Source: Amoebophrya sp. A120 (Eukaryota; Protista; Dinoflagellata). From it: a stretch of DNA of 64,000 bases. The position numbers and the translations under genes are program-made. Under the pieces are notes generated by a model. The model searched no databases and was not told the origin of the DNA. It saw nothing but the letters and a program-made list of their open reading frames with translations. Every line of letters begins with the position of its first letter. The first letter of the stretch is position 1. The stretch is from NCBI GenBank assembly GCA_905178155.1, contig CAJINV010000024.1, forward strand, positions 75,519-139,518, in the 5' to 3' direction. Shown in pieces: positions 1 through 13,100 of this stretch.

Positions 1-1115
1 CAATTTGTGCAAGACACGAGCAAAAAATAGGGAAGCAAAAGCACGCGCGGTCTTTTCCCAGGGGCGGTTTCTATTGAGTGCAGGCACTACCCCTAGATGA
101 AAAAGTCTGCGCATGTGGGTTCCCTAGATTCCCTAGATTTCCAAAATGCCCTCCCTAGATTTTCGCTAGATCGTCACAACATCGCTGTGAAAAAAGAGGC
201 CGTCACTAAAACCACGGCGGCATGACGGATTTTCCCTTCCACCCCCCTTCCATCGATCTTTTCCTTGGCCAGCAAAAATGTTTGCGCTTGGCAGACCCAA
301 ACGGGACCGTCATTGAGCCAAACACGGCCGTTTTGATGGATTTTCCATGGCCCCTCCACAGCTGACAAACCCAAACATTTTTGCAATACCCTTCGCGCAT
401 AGTATCTGCCTCTCGCGGTAAAAAATAAAAATGCCATTTGTCGTATAGCATTACAAACTCAAAGTTTTCCAGACCCACCAGGGATCTTTGCAACGCGCAG
501 TGGCTTGATTTGATCACCCAATCAGCCTAAGATCTAAGCATCTACAAATGCATGAACAGCTCCGCTCGCCAGAGTCATGAGAGCGCTACTGCCGAAAAAC
601 TCCTGAGAATGGAGAACAGAGATGCTCGCGTCTCTTTTGATCTTTGTTCCAGGACGTCGAGCACGTCAATGCCAGTACGTGCTGCTAGATGTCGGCAGAG
701 TTTTTTTCTTTTTTCTTTTGTGTGAGAAAAAAGCAAAAAACTCCAATCGTTTCGTCAGGAACTACTTGATAATCCGGAGGTGTCGCATGGTTCAGTCGTA
801 CAGCGTATTACTTTACAGGACAAAGAAGCAAACGCAAGAACAAGTGACATCTGTATATGTCATTTTCCTCGTACGAAGGGACGAAAGGCTAAGTGAAAGT
901 AAAAAGGCACATGGCATTAAACGTCGTAAGGATGAGGAAGCTAAAAATGCGATAGTAAGAACCGTTCCACTATAATCGGTTTCACTACGGTTTGTTTGTG
1001 TCGCTTTGTGTCGCCGCGGCTACCCAAGTTTAGGATCAGGTCTACTAGAAGTGTACCACGAGAAATAACTCTTGAGTACTCGCATGTTGTACTTTCATCC
1101 CGCCTATCATTGTTC

Positions 1116-4100
1116 TCACCTCTTCCGCCCACTCGCCGCGCTCCTCCCCCCGCCGCCACCTTTCCGGACCGTTGCCTTTGCGTTCCTGGCTGCCTGTGCC
1201 TTCGCTTTCGCTTTGGCCGCGGCCGCCGCGGCTTTCGCCCGGGCTTTCTATCGCGAGAAAAAGGTGTTTACAGATACACATTGTGTTGCAGGCGAAGCAA
1301 GACAGACAAGTTCTGTCATGCGGGAAATGCTTGCCAGCCTCATTTCATTCGTGATTTGCCTTATAGTCTGCGCATCACAGGTTTTCTTTGCCATGTCGAG
1401 CAACTTTGTGATGCAGAAACTCCAACAAATGTGAAACTGTAAAACACTTTTATCCTGTGATACTTTCTGCTGCTGTGCCAGTAACTTCGCCTGCTTCTCT
1501 CGGGCCTCCCTTTCCAAGCGAATCGCCCGGGCCTTGTTCTTTTCCCTCTTCTATCAAATGCAAAAATGTCTGGGTCTGGAAGAACGCATGTTTGTCATGC
1601 TTGTCTGGCATGAGTCTTAAATCTGTAATGCACGTTATCCAAGAGCCCTGTTTTTCTGTGATGCAGAAACGCAGTTTGTCATGCAGAATAGGCAACACCT
1701 AGAAGCTCAGAAACTTGTAATGCTACGCCAGCATTTGTGGCCTCATCATGAGACGCCACCCAGCATCACAAGTTTCCAGACCGAGACATTTTTACATTTG
1801 ATATCTTCCTCCGCTGCAGTTCCTTCTGGTACGGCCTCTTCAAGTATCAAATGTAAAAATGTCTGGGTCTGGAAAGTTGGGACTTGTGATGCTAACTTTG
1901 GATTCTAAAAAAAATCTGTATTGCATGACCAGCAAGAGGAGCCACATTGGTGCCGCGCGAGGAGGGCATTTGTCATGCGGAAATGGCATCAGGAAGCGTT
2001 CCAAAAATCTGTGATGCTGGGTCATGCATTACAAGCATCATGGGTCATGCCAGACAAGCATGACAAGCCTTCCATTCTTCCAGACCCAGACATTTTTACA
2101 TTTGATATCAAGCGGACGTAATCGGCCGTGCCGCGCTTAGACAGCGTCGTTGGGAGAAGGAGCATGTTTTCGAGATGTAGATCGAACTCGGGATCTTCCG
2201 GCTCCTCTTCCACTAGCAATTGATGTTGCTGGGCTGCCTGCCGCTGTCTCATCACCTCCTGGGCATCTTGCGCTGCTTTATTTCCCAGCCCGACAAAACC
2301 TTGCTGCCGCGACGTGCCGCTCTGATGGTTCAAAATTCCAGGTTTAATATTCTGTCGTTGCAGATTGATTTTATGAACTGCCGAAGATGAGGATGAGGAC
2401 GAAGAAGACTGGTTGAGGACTACAGGTCTTTGGGGAAGACCGCTAGTACTTGGTGGAAGTTTATTCGCATTGGAACTCGGCAAGGAACTACTTGCACTGG
2501 AGTCGTAGTTCTGCAACCCCATAGTAGCGCTCTTTCCGCTTTTGCCGTGTAGTTCCACCCTCTTCGCAACTGTGCCATGCGCAGCTGCCCTCTTCATGAT
2601 CCCAGCGCCGTGTAGTTGAAGTTGTTTTCCTGCCGCACCGGTTCTGGCGACTTTCCCTTGTCGCGCGGGCCCACTTCCAGGCGGCAGCATCGTCTTTTTC
2701 AGGTGTTTCTGCTGCTCCGCAAGTCGAGCTTGCTGTTCTCGAAGTTTTCTTGCCTGCTCCTCCTGTTCCTTCTCCGCCGCTTCTTTCGCTTCCTTTTCAG
2801 CCTTCTCCCGGTAGAATTTGTTTCGGTTGAAAATCTCGTGTAATAGCGAGGTATCCAGTGCAAAAGTATCGTACTCGTAGTGATTGCAGTTATGCATTAC
2901 AAACGCAGGTATTAGTGTCCATCCGCATTACAAATTTTATTTCTCATGCTGAGGAAATTTGTAATGCAATTACTAGTACGATACTTTTGCAGTTCATACT
3001 GGTTCTTCTTGGGCAATAGGTTCCCCTGCCGGTCCTTGGCTTCCTTTTCCTATGGAGAGCAAAAAGTTTGTCACAGTCACATCACTAACTTGCGGCCTTT
3101 GCATTACAAATTTTTTTAGCATCACAGCTTGTCCTTGTATTGCAGAAATGCTAGGAAAATCCCTCATGAGGTTTGGCTGTGATGCATTTTTACGCATGAC
3201 ATAAAGTTTTGTATTGCAGAAATGCGCATGAGTGATCGTGACGAACTGTTTTTTTTTTTTGGATATTTCCAAAAGGGGCTGCACGGTGAACATCGTCATC
3301 AGCTCCGGCCTATGCTGTGCAAAAGTATCGTACTCGTATAAATGCAAGTCTTGCATTACAAATCTTGTCCCTAAGGCAAATCTGCATTAGAAATTTCATT
3401 TATCATGCTGATAAATAAATTTGTAATGCATTTATACGAGTACGATACTTTTGCAGTTCATACGGCTTCATGTGCACTCGCACGAGTGCTTGATTCAGTG
3501 ATTCTTGCTGCGGTTCGCCCAGTATGGATTGTAAAAATGTCTGGGTCTGGAAGGTTGGGACTTGTAAAGCTAGCGTTCCATACCTAGAAAATCTGTATTG
3601 CATAACCAACAAAAGTCGCAGTCTCTTTTGTCATGCAAAAACGCAGTTTCTCATGCGGATTTCCTACGAGAAAGCGTTTTGGGAAGTTGTCATGCCGGAC
3701 TGCATTCGGAAGCGTTTTCATCATGCACATTTTGGCATCACAAGTTTCCAGACCCAGACACTTTTGCATTTCGTACCCAGCGCCGGCAGTGGGCCCGGAA
3801 GCTGGTGGGCCGGCATGCTCAAAGCTTCATCCAGGGTCGCGGTTCTTTTACCCCCGAGAGGGAATTTCTTGCCCGGTGGGTCCTCCGTTGCCACCGACTT
3901 CAGCCGGTTGTTTTCGATCTTCAGCTGCGTCACCGCGTCTGTTATGCACTGCAGATATGCCTGGGTCCGGAAGTTGCTAAACTTGTCATGTTGGGAAACT
4001 AAGGGCAGGGCGTCCCTTTGTAAAATACGAAACTTGCAGAAATCTGTGTTGCATGACTGCCAAAAACTGTCCACTTTCGACCAAGTTGGAGGGGAGTTTC

Positions 4101-7100
4101 TCATGCAAGATATGCATGACAGAGACCCCACAGTCTCTGTCATGCTAGGTCCCGCATTCCAGACCTCATGGCTCATGGAAAACCTGCATAACAAGTTTAG
4201 AAGACTCTTCCAGACCCAGACACTTTTGCATTTCATATCTTTCGGCTTGGACACAATTTTCACGTTCGGGGGCAACGACCGCGGGTTCACGCTGGTCACC
4301 GGGAAATTTTCTTCGACCCACTGCGTTTGGCGCGTCACCGCCTCGCGGATATCGCGCTCATTTGTCTCCGCTTCACCGTTATGCAGTGCAAATAAGTCTG
4401 GGTCCTCTGGAAGGTTGTAATGCGTACCTTGCATTCCTGGAAAATCTGTGTTGCATGAGCAGCAAATAAGCAGCGTTCCTTATTATGCAATAAGGCAATT
4501 TGTATTGCGTGTCACGCAGAGGGAAACGCTCCGAAAGGTTGGCATGCTTGGCTGCCGTTGCAAGCGTTGCAGTCATGCGCAATTCAGCATCACAGGTTTC
4601 CAGACATCCAGGGATATTTGCAATGCATAACCGTGCTGCTTTTCGAGATAGTCGCGCAGTGTCTTCTCGTAGACGAACTGCAGTTCGCCACTGAACCCGG
4701 ACGCGAGGGAGATCAGGTCTCTCGCCAAGTGGGGCCGCTCGGTCTTGTCGGCGCGAACGAACTTGATTTGCATCTCCAAGACGGAGAAAAACGTGTTGTA
4801 ACTGCCAGAGATCTATGCATTGCAAAAATGTCTGGGTCTGGAAGGATGCAACTTGTAATGCTAATTCTGGATCGTGCAAAAATCTGTGTTGCACAAATGC
4901 CAAAAGTTGTCCACTTTTGACCAAGTTAGTACGTAGCAGCACCATTTAGTTAACTCCTGACGGGTCGGCGTTAGAACAGATTTAACCTCTGCCAATACCT
5001 GGGCGCTAGAACAGATTTAGCCTCTGCCGATACCCCTAGGTGGATACACGATCCACTTCCTAGCTACCACCCGGCTGCACCCGCAAAACCGCTATCGATT
5101 GCTTACGCGTAGCTACAACCAGTGGGCGGGCGCTATGTGTGGCTGACCTGCCTCACCATCCAAGCCCGCGAGCAGGGTGGAGCTCCAGCATTGCCCTAAT
5201 GGGTTAGTCGTACAAGCTTGCGCATGCAAAGTCTTACTTTTGTGGCCGGTTGCGCGCTAAAAAATACACTGGGGGTCTAATGATCACACACGATGACCCT
5301 ATCGCGATGGGTGGCAGACGACCCCACGGCGTGTCCCTTTCCGACACTTTGCGCCGACCTGTTTCCCGCGCCCTTTTCTATGCGTTTCCGGAGAATCGGC
5401 CCGCAGGGCTCCGCATTTGCAGAGCCGCCACCGCGCCCGCCCCGGGGGACCCCTTGGGGAAGGGGGGCGCTGCTTTCGCGCAGTCTTTAAACTAGCAACC
5501 CTGCCCGCCGCCACTTCTTTAATCTATTCCTTTGTTTCTTTTTCTCTCCTTTTTCTTTTTGTACAGTTAGAAGCGCCTTGCTACATGGAGTCAGCTGGCG
5601 GGGGCGGGATGAAAAGCAGCGCCGTGCCTCGGGGGCTGGCGAGAGCGATACGATTAGCATCGTCGCACCCCGTAGCAGGGCTGGCGGGGGCGTGTCGAGA
5701 CGGGGTCCGCGCGCTGCCGTCTTTCTTGGAGAGGGCATTTGTCACGCGGAGTATGTAGGCGTCAGGAATCCGTCCAAAAATCTGTGACGCTAGGTCGTGC
5801 ATTGCAGGCATCTCGGGCCAACAGGCCCCGCCGTCGTGGTACTTGCGCCAGGCCCGCCGCCGCGCCGGCTTTCCCAGCCCGACACGCTTCCAGCTGGTTC
5901 CCGCGGACGACAACACCGCGCCCGCGCCCTGCTTCCAGTAGCCCCGCACGAACTTCGTAACGCCCTCGGACTTTGCGGCCGCGGCCGCCCGGCGCAGCGC
6001 CGGCGCAAGGCGGTCCGCCAGTCGCTCGGCGAAAAGTAGGCGCCGCGCCGCAATGGACTCCCGCCGTCCGACTCCAGCAAGCCGCTACCACCGTAATCGG
6101 CCACGATCGCCGTGAACGTCAGCCACCCGCGAAGGCTCTCGGCCACGCTTTTCGAAGCTGCCCCGCCATGCTGCTGCTGGTCCTCCGGGTGTCCGATAAG
6201 AAGCGCGGGGTCTTCTGCGAATGTCAAGGAGCCCGCGACCGCCACATCCAGCACAAGCCGGCGACGCAGCTCGCTGCCCGCGTCACCCACCCCACGCAAA
6301 TCATCGAGCCACTTGACTGCCGTCGTCCGCACCAGCATGAGAAGCTTTGCCGCGTCCGTTTTCCGGGAGACCGGGCTGCGGGTGTGCATGCTCAAACAAG
6401 TGGAGGCCGACGAAACCGGACACATAGAGCAGCGCCGTTTGTCCCCCGCGTTTTCCGAACTTCCCAGGCGCTTCCGCACCTCTCCAACGAGGTCGCGCCG
6501 CCGGGTGCTTTCCGGGTTCACCAGGTCGCGCGACATGGCGCGAGCCCGCCGCAAATCCTTCTCGAAGTTCTCCCGGTCCTCCGCGCCGGTTCTTACTTTG
6601 TTTTCCCGCTCCCGCCGGTGGCAAACTGCACGCCATCGAGAAGTCCCCCCGTCTTCTTCTCCGAGGCCGCCTCTGGCTGCGGAGCTTGCGTCTGCTGCCG
6701 GAATAGCTGGGCACCGCGAGGGCCGACAGGGTCCCCAACCTGCCACAGGACCAAGCAGAGAGACGAAATGCGCAACGGTCTCGCTGTTAGGGTTGACATC
6801 GCCCCGGCCGATCATCCCACACAACGGCGCCAGCTGGTGCTTCGAACCGGCGCGAAGCCTGCCGAGCTGCTCCAGCGCCCTCTCCTGCGTCCGTGCCACT
6901 ACTGGAGGCAATTCGCGCAGCGCGGGCCTGGTTCTCATTGTGGTCGACACCTGCGAACCCCGGCAAGCTCTTGCAACTCTCCTCGCTGGTGGATCACGTA
7001 CTGCAGCAGCGACACAGCTGGACCCAGGTCCCAGCTGGCGCGGGGCTTCCTTCCACTTTCGTCGGCCGGCGCGCGCGTGCCCCGCGCCCATCTTCCTCGC

Positions 7101-10100
7101 GAATGTTTCGCCCGCCATGGCCCCCCGAATCTTCGGAGGCAGGTAGAGGAGGCCGAGGCCCATGCGGCTCTCCCGTATGATCTGGCCGGCCTTCAGCTTC
7201 TCCCACTGCACTGCTTTGGCCTCTGTAGCCTTGCCGCTGAGCGTCCCGAGCCGGCAAAACAGCGGGGCCCCGGCCGGTCGTAGCGTCACACCTGTGGCCC
7301 ACATCTTCAAGAGCCTGGCGGGGGGGCTCGAAGTCGTCCCATGCCTGCGTCCTGCAAAGGGTGTGCGCTGCAACATTTGCGGCCAGGCAGTTCCGCCGGG
7401 ATCGGCTTCCCGGCGGACTGTAGCAGACTGCAGGCGAAGACCGCGAGCGCCTCCCTTTGCTGCGCCAAAGCCGCGCCCTTTGCCGACTCAAATACTGCGA
7501 CGCGCTGACTGTCGGGATTCTCGGGTAGGATCTTGGTGCACGGAGTGAAGGCCAGCGAACGCATTACGCGCCTCGGCGATAGTGGAGCCGGCGCCCGCCT
7601 TCGCGGATGAGCTGCTAGCGCCAGCAGCCGCTCCGGGGGCCCCCGCGCTTTTTCCTGCTTGCATAGCTTTGCCTATCGCCTTGCCACGTGCATCGACTTC
7701 CTTCCCGGCTTCGCTCGTCTTCTTCTGCGAGTCCTTGCGTGCCTTCTGCAGCTTCTTGCGCAAGGCCTCCGCTTTTGGGTCGGACTTGGCCAGGGCGAGC
7801 ATTGCAGCCTTCTCGCTCCGGGCCGCCGCCGTTGCTGCCCACGCGTCGCTGGTCAAGATATACCCCGAGGGAATGCAGGCGCTTCGTCTGGTCCGAGGGA
7901 GAGCGGGAGGCATAGGCCCCCGAGAAAGGCCGCCACATCGAACGCCAGGGGGAACACTCTCAGAGCCGGGCGAAGTTCGCCCGCGCACCGGTCCAAAATC
8001 AGGCAGCAGGTGGGGCCGCAGAGAATGCCTGCGCTTGGCCCGAGTGGATCGCTCTGCTGTGCGGAGTCACCAGCGCCGCCGGCTAGGTCGCCACCGCCTG
8101 CGCCGCACAGGCCCCGGCCCAACTGTGTAGAGCGCCGCAGCAGCTCAGCCATTGGCCCACGAAGCAGCCGCCGCCCGCCCTCGTTCACGGCTGTGAAACC
8201 ATCGGGCGCCTTAGCAGCTGCCCGCCCGGAGTCGAGGCAACCCCACGGGGCCGCGATGTTTTCCTGCACATCCAGAAGCGTCTCGGCAAAGCCTTCGCGC
8301 CCTTGCTGCATCCGGGTGCGGGTGCCTTGGGTCCCGAGAAGTCGACAAAAGCCCAGGGGGTTGCGGAGGTTCGTCACGGCGCGCGCGACGTCGTCGCCTA
8401 CTTTCGAGGCCTTGGATGCTTTCCCGCCTGCCTTCGCCGGCGGCGCGGAAGAATCAGCGGGCAGCAATCGCCACCGCGCGAAGTCGGGCTGCGGTTCCGG
8501 AGCAGTGAGCACATCTGAAGACGCGATCTCCGATGGCTTTGCAGTGGCTTCTAGCTGCATCTTCCGCGATTCAATGCTGGAGACCGAAAGCGGCCACTTC
8601 TCATCCACATCCTCTCGCGTTAGGGACGCGGCGCGATCCGGCTGTCGGGGGTCCAGGGAGCTCTCGGCCGTTCTGACCAAGTCGGTGGCCGCGTCGGCGC
8701 CCTCGTTTGTCGCTACGCGCTCTGGGTCAAGCGACGCGCTGGCGCCTGCGTGTCTTTTCTGTAATTTCAACAGTCGCCGCGCCAGCTTTCGACTGCCCTC
8801 AATAAACGCTGGTAGCCTGGTCACCTTCGCCAAGTTGGGAGGAGGCTTCTCATGCAGGATAGGCATGATAGGGGTCTCACAGAATCTGTCATGCAGGGTC
8901 CTGCATATCAGACGGCATGGATCATGGAAAATCTGCATGACAAATCTCGCAATTTCCCAGACTCAAACATTTTTGCATTTGATAAGATCGAGGAGGTCGA
9001 CAGACTGTCGATCTTGTTTTCGTTCAGAATTTTCGACCACATCGTCAAAAGCTTGCAGTTATCCACGAGCAAAATCTCCAGCAGTTCTATCAAAATTAAA
9101 AATCGCCCCGCGGCCCCATAGCAAAGTGGAAATCTCTTATGCGGGATTTGTGTACACAAATCAGCTCTGTCTTGCAGTGAGACACTGCAGGCAAAGCCTA
9201 AGTCTGCGTAGGGGTGTTGTTATTTGGTGTAGGTGCTTACTGCTTAGCATAGCAGAGGCCTGCCATGCAAGCGTAACAGCATTACTTACAAACCGCCTGC
9301 ATCAGGCGGCGGATAATTCTTTGGCTTTGATGCCCTCTTGCACGAGAGACAGGATTTGTGGTCACAAATCAGCATGACAAACTTTTAGAAGAAGACCTTT
9401 TCAACAGGAGTGTGGGGAGGTGGGGGGATTTTTCCTCGCAATAAGTTCCACCGCGACCGGGTAGTCGAGAAAGATTTTGTAATATCGCAAGAAAAAAGTG
9501 TTACAGTTACACACTGTCTTGCAAGCCCAGCATGACAGACAACCTCGGTCATGCCGGATAAGCATAGGAGCCTTGTTTCATACGTGTTCTCCCGTAGGGT
9601 TTCTGCAGTGCAAGTTTTCTCTCTCATGCAGAGGAATCTGTGTTGCTGCATTGACAACAGATGTGTAACTGTAATTTTTTTTTCGTTGGATATGTATGTC
9701 GGGTTTCGGAAGTACAGGAGATACCGCAGAAACCAGCGGAAATCCGGATCGTCGACGTGTCTTTTTACAACGTGCTGTAGATACCGGGGGTTCAGCAGTG
9801 ATTGCAGGAACTGGCTTTCCCACGTGAACCGCTGCACATCGCTTATCGTGAGAAAAAACTGCTTCACTGTGAACTTGTGATGCAGAAAATGAAACACGGA
9901 ACTCTTTGTCTTCCTACACCTGCAAGGCATTGGATTTACAAGCGTGTTTTGCCTTGGGAAGCGCGCATGACAAATTTTCAGTGTCATGTGTAGCAAACTC
10001 GTGATGCAGATCTTGCACCTTATAATTCCCTATTTCCGCTCGGGAGGGTTTTTTTTCTGGCTTGAGGACCCCCTCCCACCCCCCCCGATCTCGGATGTGC

Positions 10101-13100
10101 GTGGGCCCATGAAAGTCCAAGGACTTGAAACATGCAAACATTTATGCTTGGGGGCTGCAGAGTCGCATGAAAAACAAAAGACTCTGAGCGGGCTGCACCG
10201 CACATGCGCGACCGAACGAGCGAGAAGTAATCAACAAGAAACTAGAGATAGAGGTGTGCGGCACCTCAAGATACTTATGATGGCGACGAAAAGATGAAAT
10301 AATTTTGTTTTTTTGAAATGTCAGACCATTGCGTATTACGGTACAAAACAGGTCAGCACTACCTCGATTGCGGTGTTTGCAAAGCGAAGCGGTAGCTGTA
10401 AAATGGAGTTTTTGCTTGTCATCATGAAGAATTAGTATGTCCGCATGAGTGTCGCCGGATCTAAGGGCCCATCTATGCACTCGCCTCATGGAGCACGCTG
10501 TGTGTCAGGAACGGTGCCGGGCATAAAAAGCGGGGTGCGGCCCCTTGAAATAGGTGGACTTTTTTTCTTCAATTATGCAGCCAAAAGAGAGCACATATGC
10601 GCGCGGTGAGTGGGTGGACTCTTTGGGTGCGGCCCGACCGAAACCACCACTGCACCCGCCTAGCGATAGCAAGAAGAAACTGGATGCTTCCGGGTGCGGC
10701 CCATCAGCGAGTAAATAGAGTGGCTGCCTCTAAGAGCGGTAAAACGTAGAAGCTAAAGGCTAAAAAGTATCTATCAACAACCGACCCCGATCAGCCCGTT
10801 GGCAAAACGGAAAAAAAAAACATCTGCCCCTGCAACAAATGCGGGGTCCGCCACCTAGCGCTACAAGGATTCCAGAAGTAAGCAAGACGACGAAAAAGAA
10901 GTAAAAGGGTAGAGACCTACATCTACGTGGGAACGCGGGGAAAGCAGGGAAGATCCGGCATTTCAGCATGAGGAGCGTACGAATTTGCGATCTAGCTCCA
11001 TCGGGGGCGATAGGTACTCACGAACGAAGAGCAATGGCAACGAAGTGCAGACGACAGCAACGAAGGGCTGGAACTTTCGCGAGACCAAACTAGATGGCAA
11101 GCGAGGTCCCCGCGCCCCCCCTGGATGCAGATCTTGCAAAGTCATCACAGTGAAACACTTTTTTCGTACGATATTGCTGTACGGAAGTTTAGCAGCCTGG
11201 AGCGCTTTTTCGGCGCGGGTGGCTTGATACTGTTCCTTTTTCTCTTTCTCCCGTTCGTCGTGCCGTTTTCTTTTGAAGGAAGGCGGCGAAGCACAAAAAC
11301 TGCTCGCCTCGAGGGTCGTGTCCTGTTGCGCCGGCGTCGTGGTGTCTACAACTTCCTGGGCGGGATTCTTTACATCTCTTTCAACATCATCTTCTTTCTT
11401 GCAGTACAGCCGTCTCACATTTTTCTCGTAGATCCCGGCCACCTCCTCGAGCATGCAGTCCTGGATGCGCTTCGCCCCTTTCGCCAAGGTCTCGAGCTGC
11501 TTCTCCTGCTTTTCCAAAACGTACGCGAACCGCAGGAACCGGTTGCGGAAATACCGGTTGTCTTCTAGCCGGACGTCCACGAAATAGTTCTCCAACGAGT
11601 ACCATCGCAAGGAAAAAGTGTCTCAGTCTCAACTTGTAATGCGGAATCAATGTCCTGCAGAGCGTTTTTTTGTCATGCTCGACAGGCAAGAAATAAAGGG
11701 CACAACGAACTTCTTCAAGCGTGTTTTCTCTTGCATAAGACGACGCGTGACAGATAATCTTTCATGTCATCATGCTCGCTGAGGGCATTTGTAATGCTGA
11801 AACTACTAGTTATTAGGTTTGACATGGAGACGGGGACAGTTTCTTCGCACGATAAGTACTCAAAGTCGTCCATGATTTCCGCGACCTGCCCCACTCTCAA
11901 CTGTAAAAATGTCTGGGTCTGGAAGAATTCATGTTTGTCATGCTTGTCTGGCATGACTCTTAAATCTGTCATGCACGTTACCCAAGAGTTCCGTTTTTCT
12001 GTGATGCAGCGCCGCAGTTTGTCATGCGGAATAGGCAACACCTAGGAGCTCAGAAACTTGTCATGCTGAGCTAGTAGTCGTAGCCTCATCATGAGACGCC
12101 ACCCAGCATCACAAGTTTCCAGACCCAGACACTTTTACTTTTGATACCCGCGTCCTGCTTGCACTTTTCCGCAACCACCGCTGCGGGCGAGGCCGGGTGC
12201 AGTTTGTGCACTGCAAAAGTGTTTGGGTCTGGAAGGTCGGGACTTGTCATGCTAAATCTGAATCATGCAAAAATCTGTGTTGCATGATTCCCAAACGCTG
12301 TCCAATTTTGATCAAGTTGAGAGGCAGTTTCTCATGCAGGATAGGCATGACAGTGATCTCACGGAATCTGTCATGCTAGGTCCTCCATGTCAGATCACAT
12401 GGGTCATGCAAAACGTGCATGACAAGTCTCAGAAATGTCCAGACCCGGACATTTATACATTTGATACAGTTTGGTCAGCGTCCACTTCCCGCTCAGCCGT
12501 TTCGCGTTCTCGAGGACCAGGCTGTTGATGCGGTTCAATCCTGTGCAAAAGTATCGCACTCGTATAAATGCAAGTCTTGCATTACAAATCTTGTTCCCAA
12601 GGCAAATCTGCATTACAAATTCAGTACAAATTTTATTTCTCATGCTGAAGAAATTTGTAATGCATTTAGATTTATACGAGTACGATACTTTTGCAATTCA
12701 TAGGTTCAGCTGGTCCACCATGTTGCTGATCACCGACTGCCCCGGCGAAGTGCCGATCGGCAGGCCGGGTCCCGGCCGTTTGAATGGCTGGCTGAAGTAC
12801 GTCGGCTGCGCAAACTCGCGTTGGTGATAGGGTGAACGTCGGGGCTTGTATCAAAAGGAAAAATCCCCCCTCCCCATATTGAAAAAGTACGTTTTCGAAA
12901 ATTTGTGTTGCTGATTTGTGACCAAAAATCGTCTCTGTGTCGCATGAAGGCAACTGCACAGGCTTCGCCGCATTCTAAAGGCGGTTTGTCATGCTCATGC
13001 GCCTACAGCGTACATGGCTGTCATGCTAAGCGCCTAGGCCAATGCCTGTCTTCTCAGGCTTGATATGGGCCTGCAGTCCTTGCCAGCAAGACAAATCTGA

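Noticed and set aside
1-620. CCCTAGAT repeats and A-rich sequence at the window start as a mobile element end
   Set aside because: Suggestive, but the element would be truncated by the window edge and no boundary can be defined.
5973-9377. Long plus-strand ORFs (436, 344, 572 aa)
   Set aside because: Antisense shadows of GC-rich retroelement sequence; they are broken differently in copy B.
9385-11610. Separate MED31 gene with its own promoter in 10.0-11.1 kb
   Set aside because: That interval is bounded by a 15-bp TSD inside paired introner TIRs, and the flanking exons join in frame. A single gene is preferred pending cDNA.
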